Of a DNA stretch of 63,116 nt, positions 32,743 through 43,600 are shown piece by piece. The notes beneath the pieces were generated by a model. The model was given only the letters and a program-made list of their open reading frames with translations. It was not told where the DNA came from and made no database searches. Location of the stretch: positions 1 to 63,116 of IMG/VR virus record IMGVR_UViG_3300004369_000014; one strand, given 5' to 3'. The stretch's first letter is position 1. Every line of letters begins with the position of its first letter. The stretch comes from a virus. Its lineage: Duplodnaviria > Caudoviricetes. Both the position numbers and the translations under genes were made by a program.

Positions 32743-34572
32743 CTAGTCGCCCGGGTCTATCAATGGCAGGTAGCTGTACTGAAATTCAGCCTCTTTCAAT
32801 GACGATGTAGACCCCGCGTTTCTTTCCACTTCAAATTTAAAAGTCCAACAATTGGAGATGCCGCCGTACGATTGATTCGGCGTTATTGTGTTGCTAAGTG
32901 GTATGCCGCTAACAGTGTAAGGTCCGGAATCTAATGAAACAGAGGCATTGTAGTACGGGCCAAAAGAGCTGTTTACCCACACCTCGACGTCCGGGGAGCT
33001 GTACTTACTGTAGAATCTAAGAGCATCGAGTCTAACGCTCGTCGCTCCAGCAGGCAAATTTGGCCGAGCAGCAACAGTAACAGTTTCAATCTCGCCGTTC
33101 CCTTGCGCCTTCTTTACAGTCGTTGTTCCACTTTGAATTTGATAGTTCAGAGATCCGACGGCTAGGGTCAAACCGACATCGGTGGTATAGTTTGCATCGA
33201 CGACTTCGAAACTATTAGTTTGAATATTTGACGCAGAAAAATATGATCCACCTAGTAATGAAATGCTGCCGCCCGACGCGGAGTACGTTTGTATGTTTCC
33301 TCCGAAGGCAGACGAGTCTACGGCTGGGTACACTCCATTAGTTGGCGCTAAATAGAGTCTTCTCCCGCTTTGCGATTGAACGTACCACGATTTGTTGTAG
33401 CTACTGTTGTTACTGCCGGAAATATTGACTAAGCTGCCGTTTGTGTACGACACCACTGGGTCTGCTTGAAAGAACGCCGACACGTACGTGTCTCCTTTAG
33501 GGTACGATGCAGTCGACATTGCTTGGTATATGTATGAGATAGAAGTGTTTAGCAGCCCATAAGAAGTCTGATAACCGTGGCTTGGCGCAGTAAGTGCAAC
33601 TGTGCTGCCTGACTTAAACAACGCAGTTATAGAGCCGTACACAGTTGTGTAAGTTGGCACTTCCTCGTCTACATCACTAACCCAGAACGTGCTTAAACTG
33701 TTATCTGACGCCCTGCTCGCTGACGTCGCAGACGAGTAGTTGCTTGACGAACCGTACGCGGCTTGAGAAAAGTAAAATGTCTCATTCGCTGACGCGTAGC
33801 CACTGACGCTGGGGACGTACACCCGTGAACCGTAATACTTAGTTGTAGTGAACGTGCTTGACGTACTAGAAGTCGTCGGGCCTTCTTCGTACACCGTGTA
33901 GCCGTAGAAAAAGTAGCGAGTGTTTGACGACAAGCCCGAGAAAGTCAGGTACGTGTCGATATTGCTCGTTGTGTAGGCGCCAAAGCCGGGCAGATCAATG
34001 ACACTTGGGTCACCGCCACGGTATATAACCAGTCGTCGGCTAACGCCTCCAGTGTGTTGAACTCTGATTGTAATACTGTTTGTGGTTTTGTCGAACACAC
34101 TAAGTGTTGGCGCTACTGGGGTTTGAGTCGTTATCGTCACCGACGACGCGCCGCTCGTTGCGACGACACTTCCACTCTTTAGATACTCAGAGACTGCGGA
34201 TATCGTGTACGACGTCGACTCAGTGAGAGAAGAACTAGTGTACGTCGTTGAAATCGTCCCTGTCGTGCCTGCTGCACTCGGAAGATACGTGTAGCCAGAG
34301 CCTGCTGTCACGTTCTGTATTCTGATTCTTACTGAGTAGCCAGGCGGCGGCGCAGTAGAAAGAGACACTCCTGCTGTTACAGTTTTCAACGTACGTGCGC
34401 TGTCTGTCAGAGTAGGAGCGACCGCAGGCCCTGGAAATAGAGTAAAAAAGACTTCCCACGACGAGCCATTGTAGATCTCGCCCTTTTGAACGTCAACCCA
34501 GTTTGAGCCATCGTAGATTTTTGGATTAGTCGACTCTTCCCAGCTCGACCCGTTATAGATGTTGATCGCCAT
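32743..34572 (-). CDS. Tail fibre / receptor-binding protein with FN3-like domains
   Basis: N-terminal IYNGSSW x3 repeats; SLTESTSYTIS and GLSSNTRYFFY FN3 signatures; Ser/Thr-rich. Confidence 0.7.
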   Translation of the reverse strand: MAINIYNGSSWEESTNPKIYDGSNWVDVQKGEIYNGSSWEVFFTLFPGPAVAPTLTDSARTLKTVTAGVSLSTAPPPGYSVRIRIQNVTAGSGYTYLPSAAGTTGTISTTYTSSSLTESTSYTISAVSEYLKSGSVVATSGASSVTITTQTPVAPTLSVFDKTTNSITIRVQHTGGVSRRLVIYRGGDPSVIDLPGFGAYTTSNIDTYLTFSGLSSNTRYFFYGYTVYEEGPTTSSTSSTFTTTKYYGSRVYVPSVSGYASANETFYFSQAAYGSSSNYSSATSASRASDNSLSTFWVSDVDEEVPTYTTVYGSITALFKSGSTVALTAPSHGYQTSYGLLNTSISYIYQAMSTASYPKGDTYVSAFFQADPVVSYTNGSLVNISGSNNSSYNKSWYVQSQSGRRLYLAPTNGVYPAVDSSAFGGNIQTYSASGGSISLLGGSYFSASNIQTNSFEVVDANYTTDVGLTLAVGSLNYQIQSGTTTVKKAQGNGEIETVTVAARPNLPAGATSVRLDALRFYSKYSSPDVEVWVNSSFGPYYNASVSLDSGPYTVSGIPLSNTITPNQSYGGISNCWTFKFEVERNAGSTSSLKEAEFQYSYLPLIDPGD

Positions 34573-34586
34573 ACCAACTCAGCCCG

Positions 34587-35999
34587 TCATGACGTAGATA
34601 GATAGATGTTCCCGGCAGTTGTACTTGCTGGACGGCTGGCCTCTGCGCCGTACGCTATATTTCTAAAGTAAAATCCGCCGTTTACGTTGTTGTATTGAAG
34701 AGAGTACGCCGGGCCATTAAATGTTGCTCCGTTGATCATCGTGCCGAACTCTATTTTCTGGGCATCAGAACCATTAGCGCCACCAGACATTTGAAGTGAT
34801 CCGTTGTCTCCAGCACGAATTGACGGAGTGTTTGAATCAGTCTCCCCTGAGAGACCCGCGTAAAAACGTATTGAGTCGCTCTGTGCTGTACCGCTGAACT
34901 CCTGCGGCACGATAGCGACGGCTCCGTAGTCCCCAAAGCCCGGGTCTGACGCTGTTCTTGTTCTATATTCTGAAGAAACTAAAGTCGACGACTGAACGGT
35001 GCCAACTACGGCAAGAGTGTTTGAAGTTGGGTCCCACGACAACTTGTCTTCGAGAGAAAACTTACCAGTGTTGTCGACGTAAAACGGAGTGTTTGCATTG
35101 TTCCACGTGCCGGTGCCGATATAGATACTGGAGGACGATATCGTCAGTCCACCAACTGTTCCGGCCGTAAGCGCGTCGCCGTTGTCAAAAGTGCCAGGTG
35201 TCGTCCCATCGGTGAACTTGAGAGTGCCTTGAATTGACAGAGTAGAGCCGTCCCATGACAGTTTGTTGCCAAGAGAGAAGCTTCCGGTATTGCTGACGTA
35301 AAACGCGGTGTTGTCGTTGTTAAACGTTCCTTCTCCATAGTAGATAGCAGACTCAGATATCGTCAGCCCTGCTATGCTGCCAGACGTCGCCGTCAATGCG
35401 CCAGTGAGGTCTACACTAAACGGCGCTGCTCCAAATGTTGCGCCGCCGGCATATATTCCATTGCTGTCTGCTTTGAAGACTGTGCTGCCGGCACCGATGG
35501 AGATGGTGACACCAACGATGCTAATGCTGCTAAGCGTACCGGTGACAATGTTTCCGGCGTCAATATTTGACACCGTGATCTGGCTAGCGTCAATGGTCCC
35601 CGCGGTGATTTTGTCTGCGCTAAGACTCGCTAGCGCGTTGTCGCCTAGGCTGAAACCAACCCAGTTGGGTGCAGCACCTTCAGTGTCGTTTCTATAGATC
35701 TTGTTGTCGTCGTCAGTGTCGAACCACAGGTCGCCAATTCCATAGAACGAACCGCCACTTGGCGCATCAGGCTGTCTATAGATCGCGTTCTTTTGGTTTG
35801 CAGTTGACTGAATGTACTGTGTAACGTCGGAGTCTAGCGCCGGCAGTTGAATGGCGTTCGGCGCAATGTTGCTTGGAATAATTACTCTAGAGCCGATACG
35901 TGTCGCCACCGGTCGACGTTGAACGGCGGCAAGCTTCTGCTCAGTTCTTAAGAAGCGCTGTCCGATCGTTCTGCGACTTCTTCTAAGGTTACTGGCCAA
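34587..35999 (-). CDS. Minor tail protein / fibre
   Basis: GDLWFDTDDDNKIYR, SADKITAGTIDA, internal repeat GLTIS...FYV.NTG.FSL..KLSWD x2. Confidence 0.75.
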   Translation of the reverse strand: MASNLRRSRRTIGQRFLRTEQKLAAVQRRPVATRIGSRVIIPSNIAPNAIQLPALDSDVTQYIQSTANQKNAIYRQPDAPSGGSFYGIGDLWFDTDDDNKIYRNDTEGAAPNWVGFSLGDNALASLSADKITAGTIDASQITVSNIDAGNIVTGTLSSISIVGVTISIGAGSTVFKADSNGIYAGGATFGAAPFSVDLTGALTATSGSIAGLTISESAIYYGEGTFNNDNTAFYVSNTGSFSLGNKLSWDGSTLSIQGTLKFTDGTTPGTFDNGDALTAGTVGGLTISSSSIYIGTGTWNNANTPFYVDNTGKFSLEDKLSWDPTSNTLAVVGTVQSSTLVSSEYRTRTASDPGFGDYGAVAIVPQEFSGTAQSDSIRFYAGLSGETDSNTPSIRAGDNGSLQMSGGANGSDAQKIEFGTMINGATFNGPAYSLQYNNVNGGFYFRNIAYGAEASRPASTTAGNIYLSTS

Positions 36000-37965
36000 T
36001 CTTGTCCACCTCCCACTCTGGGATCAGAAGAACTTCTACTTCTTCTGGAAACGCAACACCGTCAGGCACGTTGATCTTGATGTTTTCTATCTTTCGCACA
36101 ATGATTTCATCTCGTGGCTCAAGATCGCTAGAGAGTCTCATGCGAATAAACTCGTCGTCAATGATGATCGCGCACCAGTCTCCAGGAGCGTATTGGCCAA
36201 TAGACGGCGACATCGTGCCGTTGATAGAGATCTTGATGTCAGACACAGGAGGCCGCATCTCTACTAGATAGCGTTGAGCGTAGCTGTACAATCTCTCTTC
36301 ATCGTACTCGTTTTGAATGTTAGTCTCGCCGTCGAGCAACGGCCATCCAAGATCAAGAAGGTCAGTAGCTGTCGCTACAGCGTATGGCTGGCTTGCTTCG
36401 TCGCCGAGATCTGGAATGTTGCCTACAACAAAAAACCGAGTCGCTGCGTTTTCAGCACTTTCATCAATAGTGACGTTATTGACGTTTCCAGGGTACTCGA
36501 AAACTAGTTGATCAGCACCATATCTGCTAAGCGGTGCGGCTTGCCCTGGGTCGGGTGGATCGGGAAAGTTAATTGGAAGCAAGACAAATGTTCTTGTAAA
36601 AGACAAGGTTGTTGGGTCGTACGCGCAGTCGATTCTGTATTCAAAGCCGCTTGGCACGTCTGAGTACTCGTCTAGCTCTTCACCAACTGACCGTAGCTCG
36701 TACCCTCTGTACGTTTGATTAGGGACTGAAACTTCGCTGTAGTCGCCTGTAGAGTACTCGATGCCAATGTTCGAGTTTCCTGGAAACGGTCCGTACGTCC
36801 CAGAAGATACACTTGGGGTCTTTGTCACAGATCCGGCAACTACGGTCTCAGCAACATCTTCGTTATTACCAAAGATCATGTACGTGAACGTAGTAGCAGT
36901 TGGCGCCGACTCTACTTGCTTAACTCCGTCAAGCAACACGAACGTCGCGGCAGGGTCATCTACGTTTGAGATACTTACAATATCGCCAGCGGAAAGATTG
37001 TGAGCAGATGCCGTGGTCAACGTGACGATGTTCAACGACACTGACTTTGACGTTACAGACGTTGTCGCGCCCGACACAGCAGTCGACGGCACGTTAGCGT
37101 CTTCAAGAGCGAATGTCACCGTATTGTCTGTGACGTTTGTAAGCGAGTGCCGCCCGTTGAACGTAGAGTCGACGTTTCTCACAAGAACAGATTGACCGGC
37201 GATCAGCTCATGATTGCCAGACGTCGTCAAGGTGGCAATGTTACTGGACAGCTCTTTGTTTACCACAGAGTAGTTGATCGAGTTGTACGGTTCTATTTCC
37301 CCGTTGGGAAACTCTATCCCTGTGAAGTCGATACTTAGCTCGTCTAGAAGCTGGCGAACGTAGTCGTAGGTGTCTACTCTAACCTTTACAGTCACATTTT
37401 CATACGTTCCACCTGGCAATGACGGAATACTTACAGAAAACGAGGTACTCGAGAGACCTGGAGAAATTATGGTGTAGTACCCATCGTAGACAAAGTTAGA
37501 GATCTCGTAGAACTCTATCTTCACAGGCATTCCTACAGAGAAGTCAAACTGGCCGCTGTCAAGGGTTACAGTTGCTACGCCGAGTGAAGACGTGAGAGTG
37601 GCACCGAAGTTGTGGCTGTACGTTTTCCAAATGTTTCTGTGATGAAGATAACTGGTGAACTCTGACGCGCTCACTGTCATGGTCTTTTCCATCGCGGAGT
37701 ACGCTCTACTCCAGATGATCCCGCCCCACACACACTCGCTGTTTCTGACTACATACAGAGATGTTCTTCCCGGCATTGTCGAATCATAGAGATTCATCGC
37801 GGCAGTTCTGTCTATGACCGCGATACTGCCGCTAAATGATCCGGCGCTTTTCAATGATCTTTCGTATGACACTCCAGTAAAAGGAATCTCAGCGAGTATC
37901 GTGTTCGACATCAAGTCAGCAACAAAATACCGATACTTTGGCGCCGTCGGGTCAAATACAGACAT
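35989..37965 (-). CDS. Tail tip / baseplate hub-like minor tail protein with inserted beta domains
   Basis: Position after Dit-like gene; YRYFVADL..LAEIP, VWGGIIWSR. Confidence 0.75.
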   Translation of the reverse strand: MSVFDPTAPKYRYFVADLMSNTILAEIPFTGVSYERSLKSAGSFSGSIAVIDRTAAMNLYDSTMPGRTSLYVVRNSECVWGGIIWSRAYSAMEKTMTVSASEFTSYLHHRNIWKTYSHNFGATLTSSLGVATVTLDSGQFDFSVGMPVKIEFYEISNFVYDGYYTIISPGLSSTSFSVSIPSLPGGTYENVTVKVRVDTYDYVRQLLDELSIDFTGIEFPNGEIEPYNSINYSVVNKELSSNIATLTTSGNHELIAGQSVLVRNVDSTFNGRHSLTNVTDNTVTFALEDANVPSTAVSGATTSVTSKSVSLNIVTLTTASAHNLSAGDIVSISNVDDPAATFVLLDGVKQVESAPTATTFTYMIFGNNEDVAETVVAGSVTKTPSVSSGTYGPFPGNSNIGIEYSTGDYSEVSVPNQTYRGYELRSVGEELDEYSDVPSGFEYRIDCAYDPTTLSFTRTFVLLPINFPDPPDPGQAAPLSRYGADQLVFEYPGNVNNVTIDESAENAATRFFVVGNIPDLGDEASQPYAVATATDLLDLGWPLLDGETNIQNEYDEERLYSYAQRYLVEMRPPVSDIKISINGTMSPSIGQYAPGDWCAIIIDDEFIRMRLSSDLEPRDEIIVRKIENIKINVPDGVAFPEEVEVLLIPEWEVDKIGQ

Positions 37966-37985
37966 TGCTAATTCTCATTTCGTCT

Positions 37986-39191
37986 CTACGCAATCCAGCC
38001 CGAACGATAGTAGATCGTAAGACTTGCTGGTGAATTCGCGTCTCCTTCATCTTCAAACAATATGTCGTTGTCGCCTGCTGCTAGAGTAATCCAATCGGTC
38101 AATGTATCAACTTTAACTCTGGCGCCGATCTTTTCACCGTTGACAGCGACTTCTTTTGTGTACGTGTCGATTTCCATGATGTCGACGTCTCGGACTACGG
38201 TACCACCTGACGCGGTAGACGAGACGTTAGAAGACAAGATAGCGTATGAAACAGAAGTCGAGCTTGGGACAGAGCTAACGATATGCTCACCGTCGAACGT
38301 CGAATCTACCCCAGAAACCGTGATGTAGTCACCGGCAAGAATGTCATGAGTTGTTGTAAATGTCAGTGTAGCCACGTTGTTCGATAGAGCTTTTGTAGAA
38401 ACTGCCTCAGTAGCAACGTCTCTCAGTGGCTCTACTATCGTCAGAAGCTCGTCGTTGGCAGAGTTGTAGATAATTGCTGGACCAAGTATCGGTCCAGTTA
38501 TTTCTAAGAACATACTAACTTCGGTGTTTCCAAGATTAGTAAGCGTGGCTTCACCGGTCTCGCCTGTAGATGAGTTTGCGCACGGGACGGTAGCAACGTC
38601 GTAGCCCTCAAGGTCATCGTCGTTCCACGAGTACTTAATTGGATCTGCAGCTCGTAAACCGATGGAAAACTCTGTTTTTCCTCTGGCGGTTATGGTTTCA
38701 ATGTTTGGTCTGCCGCTCAGTCTTACGAAGGCAGCTCTTGTTGGGTTTTCTCTTGTCTTTAACCACGCGCCTTGTCGCACAAGGGCAGTAGCGTCGACAA
38801 GTGCCTGTCTCGCTATCGGCACGTACGACGAGTCAGGCGGCATGAAAACACCTTCGACTGTGATCTGTCTTGCTGCCCATCTTCCCGAAGTGTCGTACGA
38901 ACCGTCGCCCCACCCGCGTGTGACGTCTGGGATTTCTGGATCTGGATGCACCCACCAGCCTTCAATGTTCGTGCAGACCCAGACAACATTGTTCGCGTCG
39001 ATCTTATTTAGCACGAGGTCACCGATACTGATGTCCTCTTTCAGATTCATTCCAAACGGATTTGGAATGGGTACCGGCCGCATCGAGTTATCTACGGCTA
39101 CTGTCTCTTGCAACTGAGTTACTACGTCATAGTACGGACCGTCGTTGTACGGTCCTTCTCCATACTTTACGGTTGGAGTATACGTTGACAT
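37986..39191 (-). CDS. Distal tail (Dit-like) protein with inserted beta domain
   Basis: ARQITVEG, LRAADPIKYS, NLGN, WITLAAGDN, YRSGW typical of siphovirus tail component. Confidence 0.78.
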   Translation of the reverse strand: MSTYTPTVKYGEGPYNDGPYYDVVTQLQETVAVDNSMRPVPIPNPFGMNLKEDISIGDLVLNKIDANNVVWVCTNIEGWWVHPDPEIPDVTRGWGDGSYDTSGRWAARQITVEGVFMPPDSSYVPIARQALVDATALVRQGAWLKTRENPTRAAFVRLSGRPNIETITARGKTEFSIGLRAADPIKYSWNDDDLEGYDVATVPCANSSTGETGEATLTNLGNTEVSMFLEITGPILGPAIIYNSANDELLTIVEPLRDVATEAVSTKALSNNVATLTFTTTHDILAGDYITVSGVDSTFDGEHIVSSVPSSTSVSYAILSSNVSSTASGGTVVRDVDIMEIDTYTKEVAVNGEKIGARVKVDTLTDWITLAAGDNDILFEDEGDANSPASLTIYYRSGWIA

Positions 39192-39226
39192 GTTGACGTC
39201 CTAGCGAGTCTCTATCTGAGCGTCGG

Positions 39227-40612
39227 TCAGAAGCTCGTTGACGGCGTGCCGCCGTCGATGCTCGTCGATCCGATTTGCGCCCAGCTGCTGCTAAAGTAGA
39301 TGTACAGAACTTCAGTATCTGACTTAAACCACAGATCTCCTTCAGACGGTGTAGACGGCGCTGTAGCAGCCACAGTCATTGACGCCCCAGACGCGCCGGT
39401 GGCGATCGTCGTGGGGGCGAACTTGGCACCGTCATATGCAAGTACCTGGCCGCTCGTGGCTCCAGTCGTGTCGATTTCAATTGAGTCAACGTACAACGTT
39501 GTTGCTGTTACGCTCGAGAACACGACAGACGCCGTATTTGCTACGTCTTGCCCAATTGCAATAGTTGCTGTCGAGCCCTCACCTGGCGTATGAGTTACAG
39601 TGACGCCAGTGCCGCCAGATACGTCAGAAACGTAGTTTCCTGTCGTGTCAGTGCCAAGTTCAATCGCATCGTTTACCCACGCTGCGCCGTCCCACTTCAG
39701 GAAATCACCGGACGTGACAGTAGTAATTGTTACGTCGCCAACGTCGTCGAGATTATTTACTATAGGAATGTCTGCGGGCTGCCAGTCGCTAGACGCTGAC
39801 ACGTACTTTAAGAACTGGCCATCGCTTGGCGACGAGACGCTGACGTTAGTTAGATCATTAAGAGACGCGTCTAAGGCGATTGTCCCAGTCGAACCTTCGC
39901 TGGGCGTATGAGTGATTGAAATGCCTGTGCCGGCAGAAAGATCTACCATGTAGTTGCCGGTTGTATCGGTGCCAAGCTCGACTGAATTGGCGCTGATTGT
40001 GGCGTTCAACGTGACTGTTCCGCTAGCAAGATCTGTCAGCGTAGCGCTGGCGTTTCCTGTAACGTCTCCTGTAAGCTCGACTGTGATCGTAGGATCTGGC
40101 TTGCTAAGAATGTTTGACCATTCTACGTTGGCGTCAAGCTCGCCTTTCGTTCCTGAGAACACCTCCGACGAGTTCGTGGCATCGGGTATAAACGTAAACT
40201 TACCAGTCGAGTCGTCGTACCCAAAGAATCCAATCTTGGCAGAAGATCCATTGTGCCAACGGAACTCAATTCCACGGTCCTTATTGTCATCTGACGCTGG
40301 TGCAGTATTTCCACCAAGAGTGAATATCGGATCTGTGACTGAAACGGTTGTGGAAGTCACTGTTGTTGTAGATCCAGTGACAATAAGATTTCCAGTGATC
40401 GACACGTTTCCGGAGACTGTCAAAGATGAGAGCGTCCCCACGGACGTGAGACTTGAGCCAACAACGTCTGACGCCAATGAAAATTCAAGGGTATTGGAGT
40501 CATAGGTAAACCGGTCGTCGATCGACAAGATCGCCGCGTTGAGCACAGTGCCCCAACCGAGATCACCAGACTCTGGGAGCTCTGTTAAGTTGTCTACTAA
40601 GTACGTTGCCAC
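39227..40612 (-). CDS. Fibre-like virion protein with internal repeats
   Basis: ELGTDTTGNY...GTG..THTP.EGST.TIA x2; LNDL/LDDV..V...G.FLK repeats; GDLWF near C-terminus. Confidence 0.7.
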   Translation of the reverse strand: MATYLVDNLTELPESGDLGWGTVLNAAILSIDDRFTYDSNTLEFSLASDVVGSSLTSVGTLSSLTVSGNVSITGNLIVTGSTTTVTSTTVSVTDPIFTLGGNTAPASDDNKDRGIEFRWHNGSSAKIGFFGYDDSTGKFTFIPDATNSSEVFSGTKGELDANVEWSNILSKPDPTITVELTGDVTGNASATLTDLASGTVTLNATISANSVELGTDTTGNYMVDLSAGTGISITHTPSEGSTGTIALDASLNDLTNVSVSSPSDGQFLKYVSASSDWQPADIPIVNNLDDVGDVTITTVTSGDFLKWDGAAWVNDAIELGTDTTGNYVSDVSGGTGVTVTHTPGEGSTATIAIGQDVANTASVVFSSVTATTLYVDSIEIDTTGATSGQVLAYDGAKFAPTTIATGASGASMTVAATAPSTPSEGDLWFKSDTEVLYIYFSSSWAQIGSTSIDGGTPSTSF

Positions 40613-40647
40613 GAGTTCTCCGTTTCAGTCTCTTGACTAATCATAAC

Positions 40648-43600
40648 TTACGCCGCGCCCCTGCGAAGCTGGAACGCGAGTTGACGAGACACCATCGACG
40701 CCACCTCTGCCTCGTCCATTCCCTTCGACGGGTAGACGTTAATAACAACATCCTTGCCGGCGCCTGGGCCAGCAAGCATCTGAATCATCGCCTTGTCTCG
40801 TCGAGACAGCCCATCTGGGTCAAGAGGCTCGACTCTTTCAGCGCGACCCGCCTCGCCAATAACAGTCAGCAGCCCACCTCTTCGTGGAGAGACGATTCCA
40901 CCTTCAGCCATCCCTGCCGCGTTGATACGAGATCTGTAGTACTCCTCGTAGGCTTTAGCTTGTGTTGGCGTAGCTTGATCAACATTCCATGTAACTCTTC
41001 CGAACTCAACTTTGTCGATTTCGCTAATGTTTTTGGCAAGTGGAATCTTGTTGTAGGCTCTAATAAGCAGGTTTATCGCGCTAATTGCAAGATTGACCCC
41101 ACCTTCGACTGCAGCGATGATTCCGTTTATTACCGTCGCAATTACACTCACGACTGCGTTAAACGCGGTCTGTGCGACGCTCTCCATTACCCCAAAGACA
41201 GCCGAGAAGACAGTTCCGATCCCCTCAATTGCGCCCTTGATTATCGCGACACCGGTGTCAATAGCTAGTTTTATTCCGTCCCATACGGTAGTAAAGACTT
41301 TCTCAATGCCGCTCCATACAGTTTCAAAGACATCTCCGATAGAAGTGAATGTCGGTTTGATGACGTTGTTCCAGACCCAACTTATAGCAGCCGAGATCGC
41401 GTCCCATATGGTTGTAAAGACAGAACTAATCGTGTCCCACACAGTCTTAAATACTTCAAGTGTCGCTTCAAACACGGGCTTAATAACGTTTTCCCAGACC
41501 CAGCTAATCGCTGCTGAGATCGCGTCCCAAATTGGGTCAAATACGAGCTTGATGCCACGCCAGATGTATCCGAAGTATTCGCCGATCGCGCTGAATACAA
41601 ACATGAAGGCGTCTTTGATAGCAGTGAACGCCGCGCCGAAGTGCTCTCTTACACCGTCCATGTCTCCACGGAATAAGGCGAAGATACCCTGCACGAACTC
41701 CCATACGCCTTGGAAGACCTTGATGATGGCGCCTACGGCGTAGATGAATATGTTGATGCCTGTCGTGACGGCGTCGATCGCTCTTACGAGAACTACCTCG
41801 ATGATCGGGACTATGTACGTAGCTACGAAGTCTCCGAGCTTGCCGAATATCTTCTGTAGTCCGTCTGCAGCACCGCCGGCTCCACCAAACTTGCTCAGCA
41901 CCTTGTCGATAGCGTCCTTAATTCTATTGAACGCTTCGATAAGCTTCTTGACAAGAACGTCGTATAGTTTCTTTACTGCCTCGCGGAATTTTTCGCTGTT
42001 CTGCCACATCAGCACCAGCGCGGTGACAATGGCGCCGATCCATCCGGCGAACCTCAACTTCGTGAGAAGGCTCATGTTTTTGAGCATGCCTTGTTTTCCA
42101 AGAAGTCCGCTGACTTTGCTTATCGCTTTTCCAATTTTAACGAAGTATCCGGCAAAAGCATTACCAAAGAACTTACCAACCCTAGCCATAAGAGAGAGGG
42201 CTTTGACCGTGCCCATGATCGGCGCGATAATAAGAAGAATCTTTTGCACCGTCTCGTTGCCGAACACCGAGTTGAGAACGTCAAGTCCTTTACCAAGAGT
42301 TTTAAAGAACGCCTCTATTGAGCCGGTTTCAGTAAACTTCATTATCAATGAAGTAAGTTTACCCAGAAACTCGGCGAAAGAAGGTGCGGCACTCTGTAGA
42401 GTATCGAGTATGCCGTACAGCGCAGGCACGAATTCACTTCTAAGAATGTCTGCTGTTGTTCCTATCGCTTGATTTTCTCCAAGTTTAAGAAAAAACTTAA
42501 CTATGTCGACGATAAGACTTGATACTTTCCCTGCGTTCTCTGCTACGTTTATAAAAAACTGTTCAAGTCTTCCATTGTCGAGAAGTTCCTGCGTGTATTC
42601 TTCAAATCGTGCAGTTGACTCAGTGAACATGTCAAGAAGCATTTGACCGCCGCTCCCTGGCCCTGTCGCGGCTCGGCCGATGTTCATCAGCGCGCCGCCG
42701 ATGTTGCCAAAGATCTCGCCGAGCTGCGCGGCTACGTCTCCAGCCTTACTGAACGTGTCCGTTAGCTCACCGGTGGCGAGCTTCGCGTTTTGCGTCTCTT
42801 GCCAACCTGTTGTAAGAGTGACAAGCCAATCTGTAAATCTGCGAATCAACGGATCTGCTGCAGCAAGAAGCGACAAAAATACGTCGTAAAGATTTCCTGT
42901 AACTACACCTAGCTTGCTAATTGTGTCGACGTTCGTCGCGGCGACTGCGTCGAGCTTGTCTAAGTTTCTTCCCTCTGTAACAAAGTTTGAGAAGTCAATT
43001 GCAGCGAGACCGAGAGCCTTACCGGTTTCTTCAATAATTGGTATTAGTCTTGGGAAAAGATTCTGTACAAGATTATCTATTGCAAGTTGCAGCGGCGGGA
43101 GTAGCGCCTCTGCTGCGGCGTCTTTTAGCTCTTGTAGCTTTGGCTTGATTGAAATTAAGTAATCTACAAACCTCTTTGCAGCTTCAGTAAGTTTGTCATA
43201 CGCATCTGTCGCTGCAGCTCCTCCGCCGGCCTCGGCGGTCTTCTTTTTCGCTTCAGCAAGTGCCTCTTCAGCGTCAACCTGTGCGCGCAGCGCGTCGCGT
43301 TCAGTACGAGCAAGATCGGCAGCCGCGTCTTCGACAGCGCGCGTCGCGTTGACAACCTGCTCTGACCCCTCAACACCTTTCGCGTTTGCCTCTTCAGTTT
43401 CCTTAGCGAGATCAGCGTTTCGATCTTTCGCGCGGCGCAGGTTGAGATCAGCCTCGGCGTATGCCAGCTCTGCCTCACGACGCGCTCTTGAGTTCGGCGG
43501 AAGATCTTGAACTCGAGCGAGAGTCTCTCTTGCTTTCTCGAGCTCAATAGCGGCTCTTTTTTCTGAGATAGCTGCATCTTCTGCGTCGAAGTTGAGCTGC

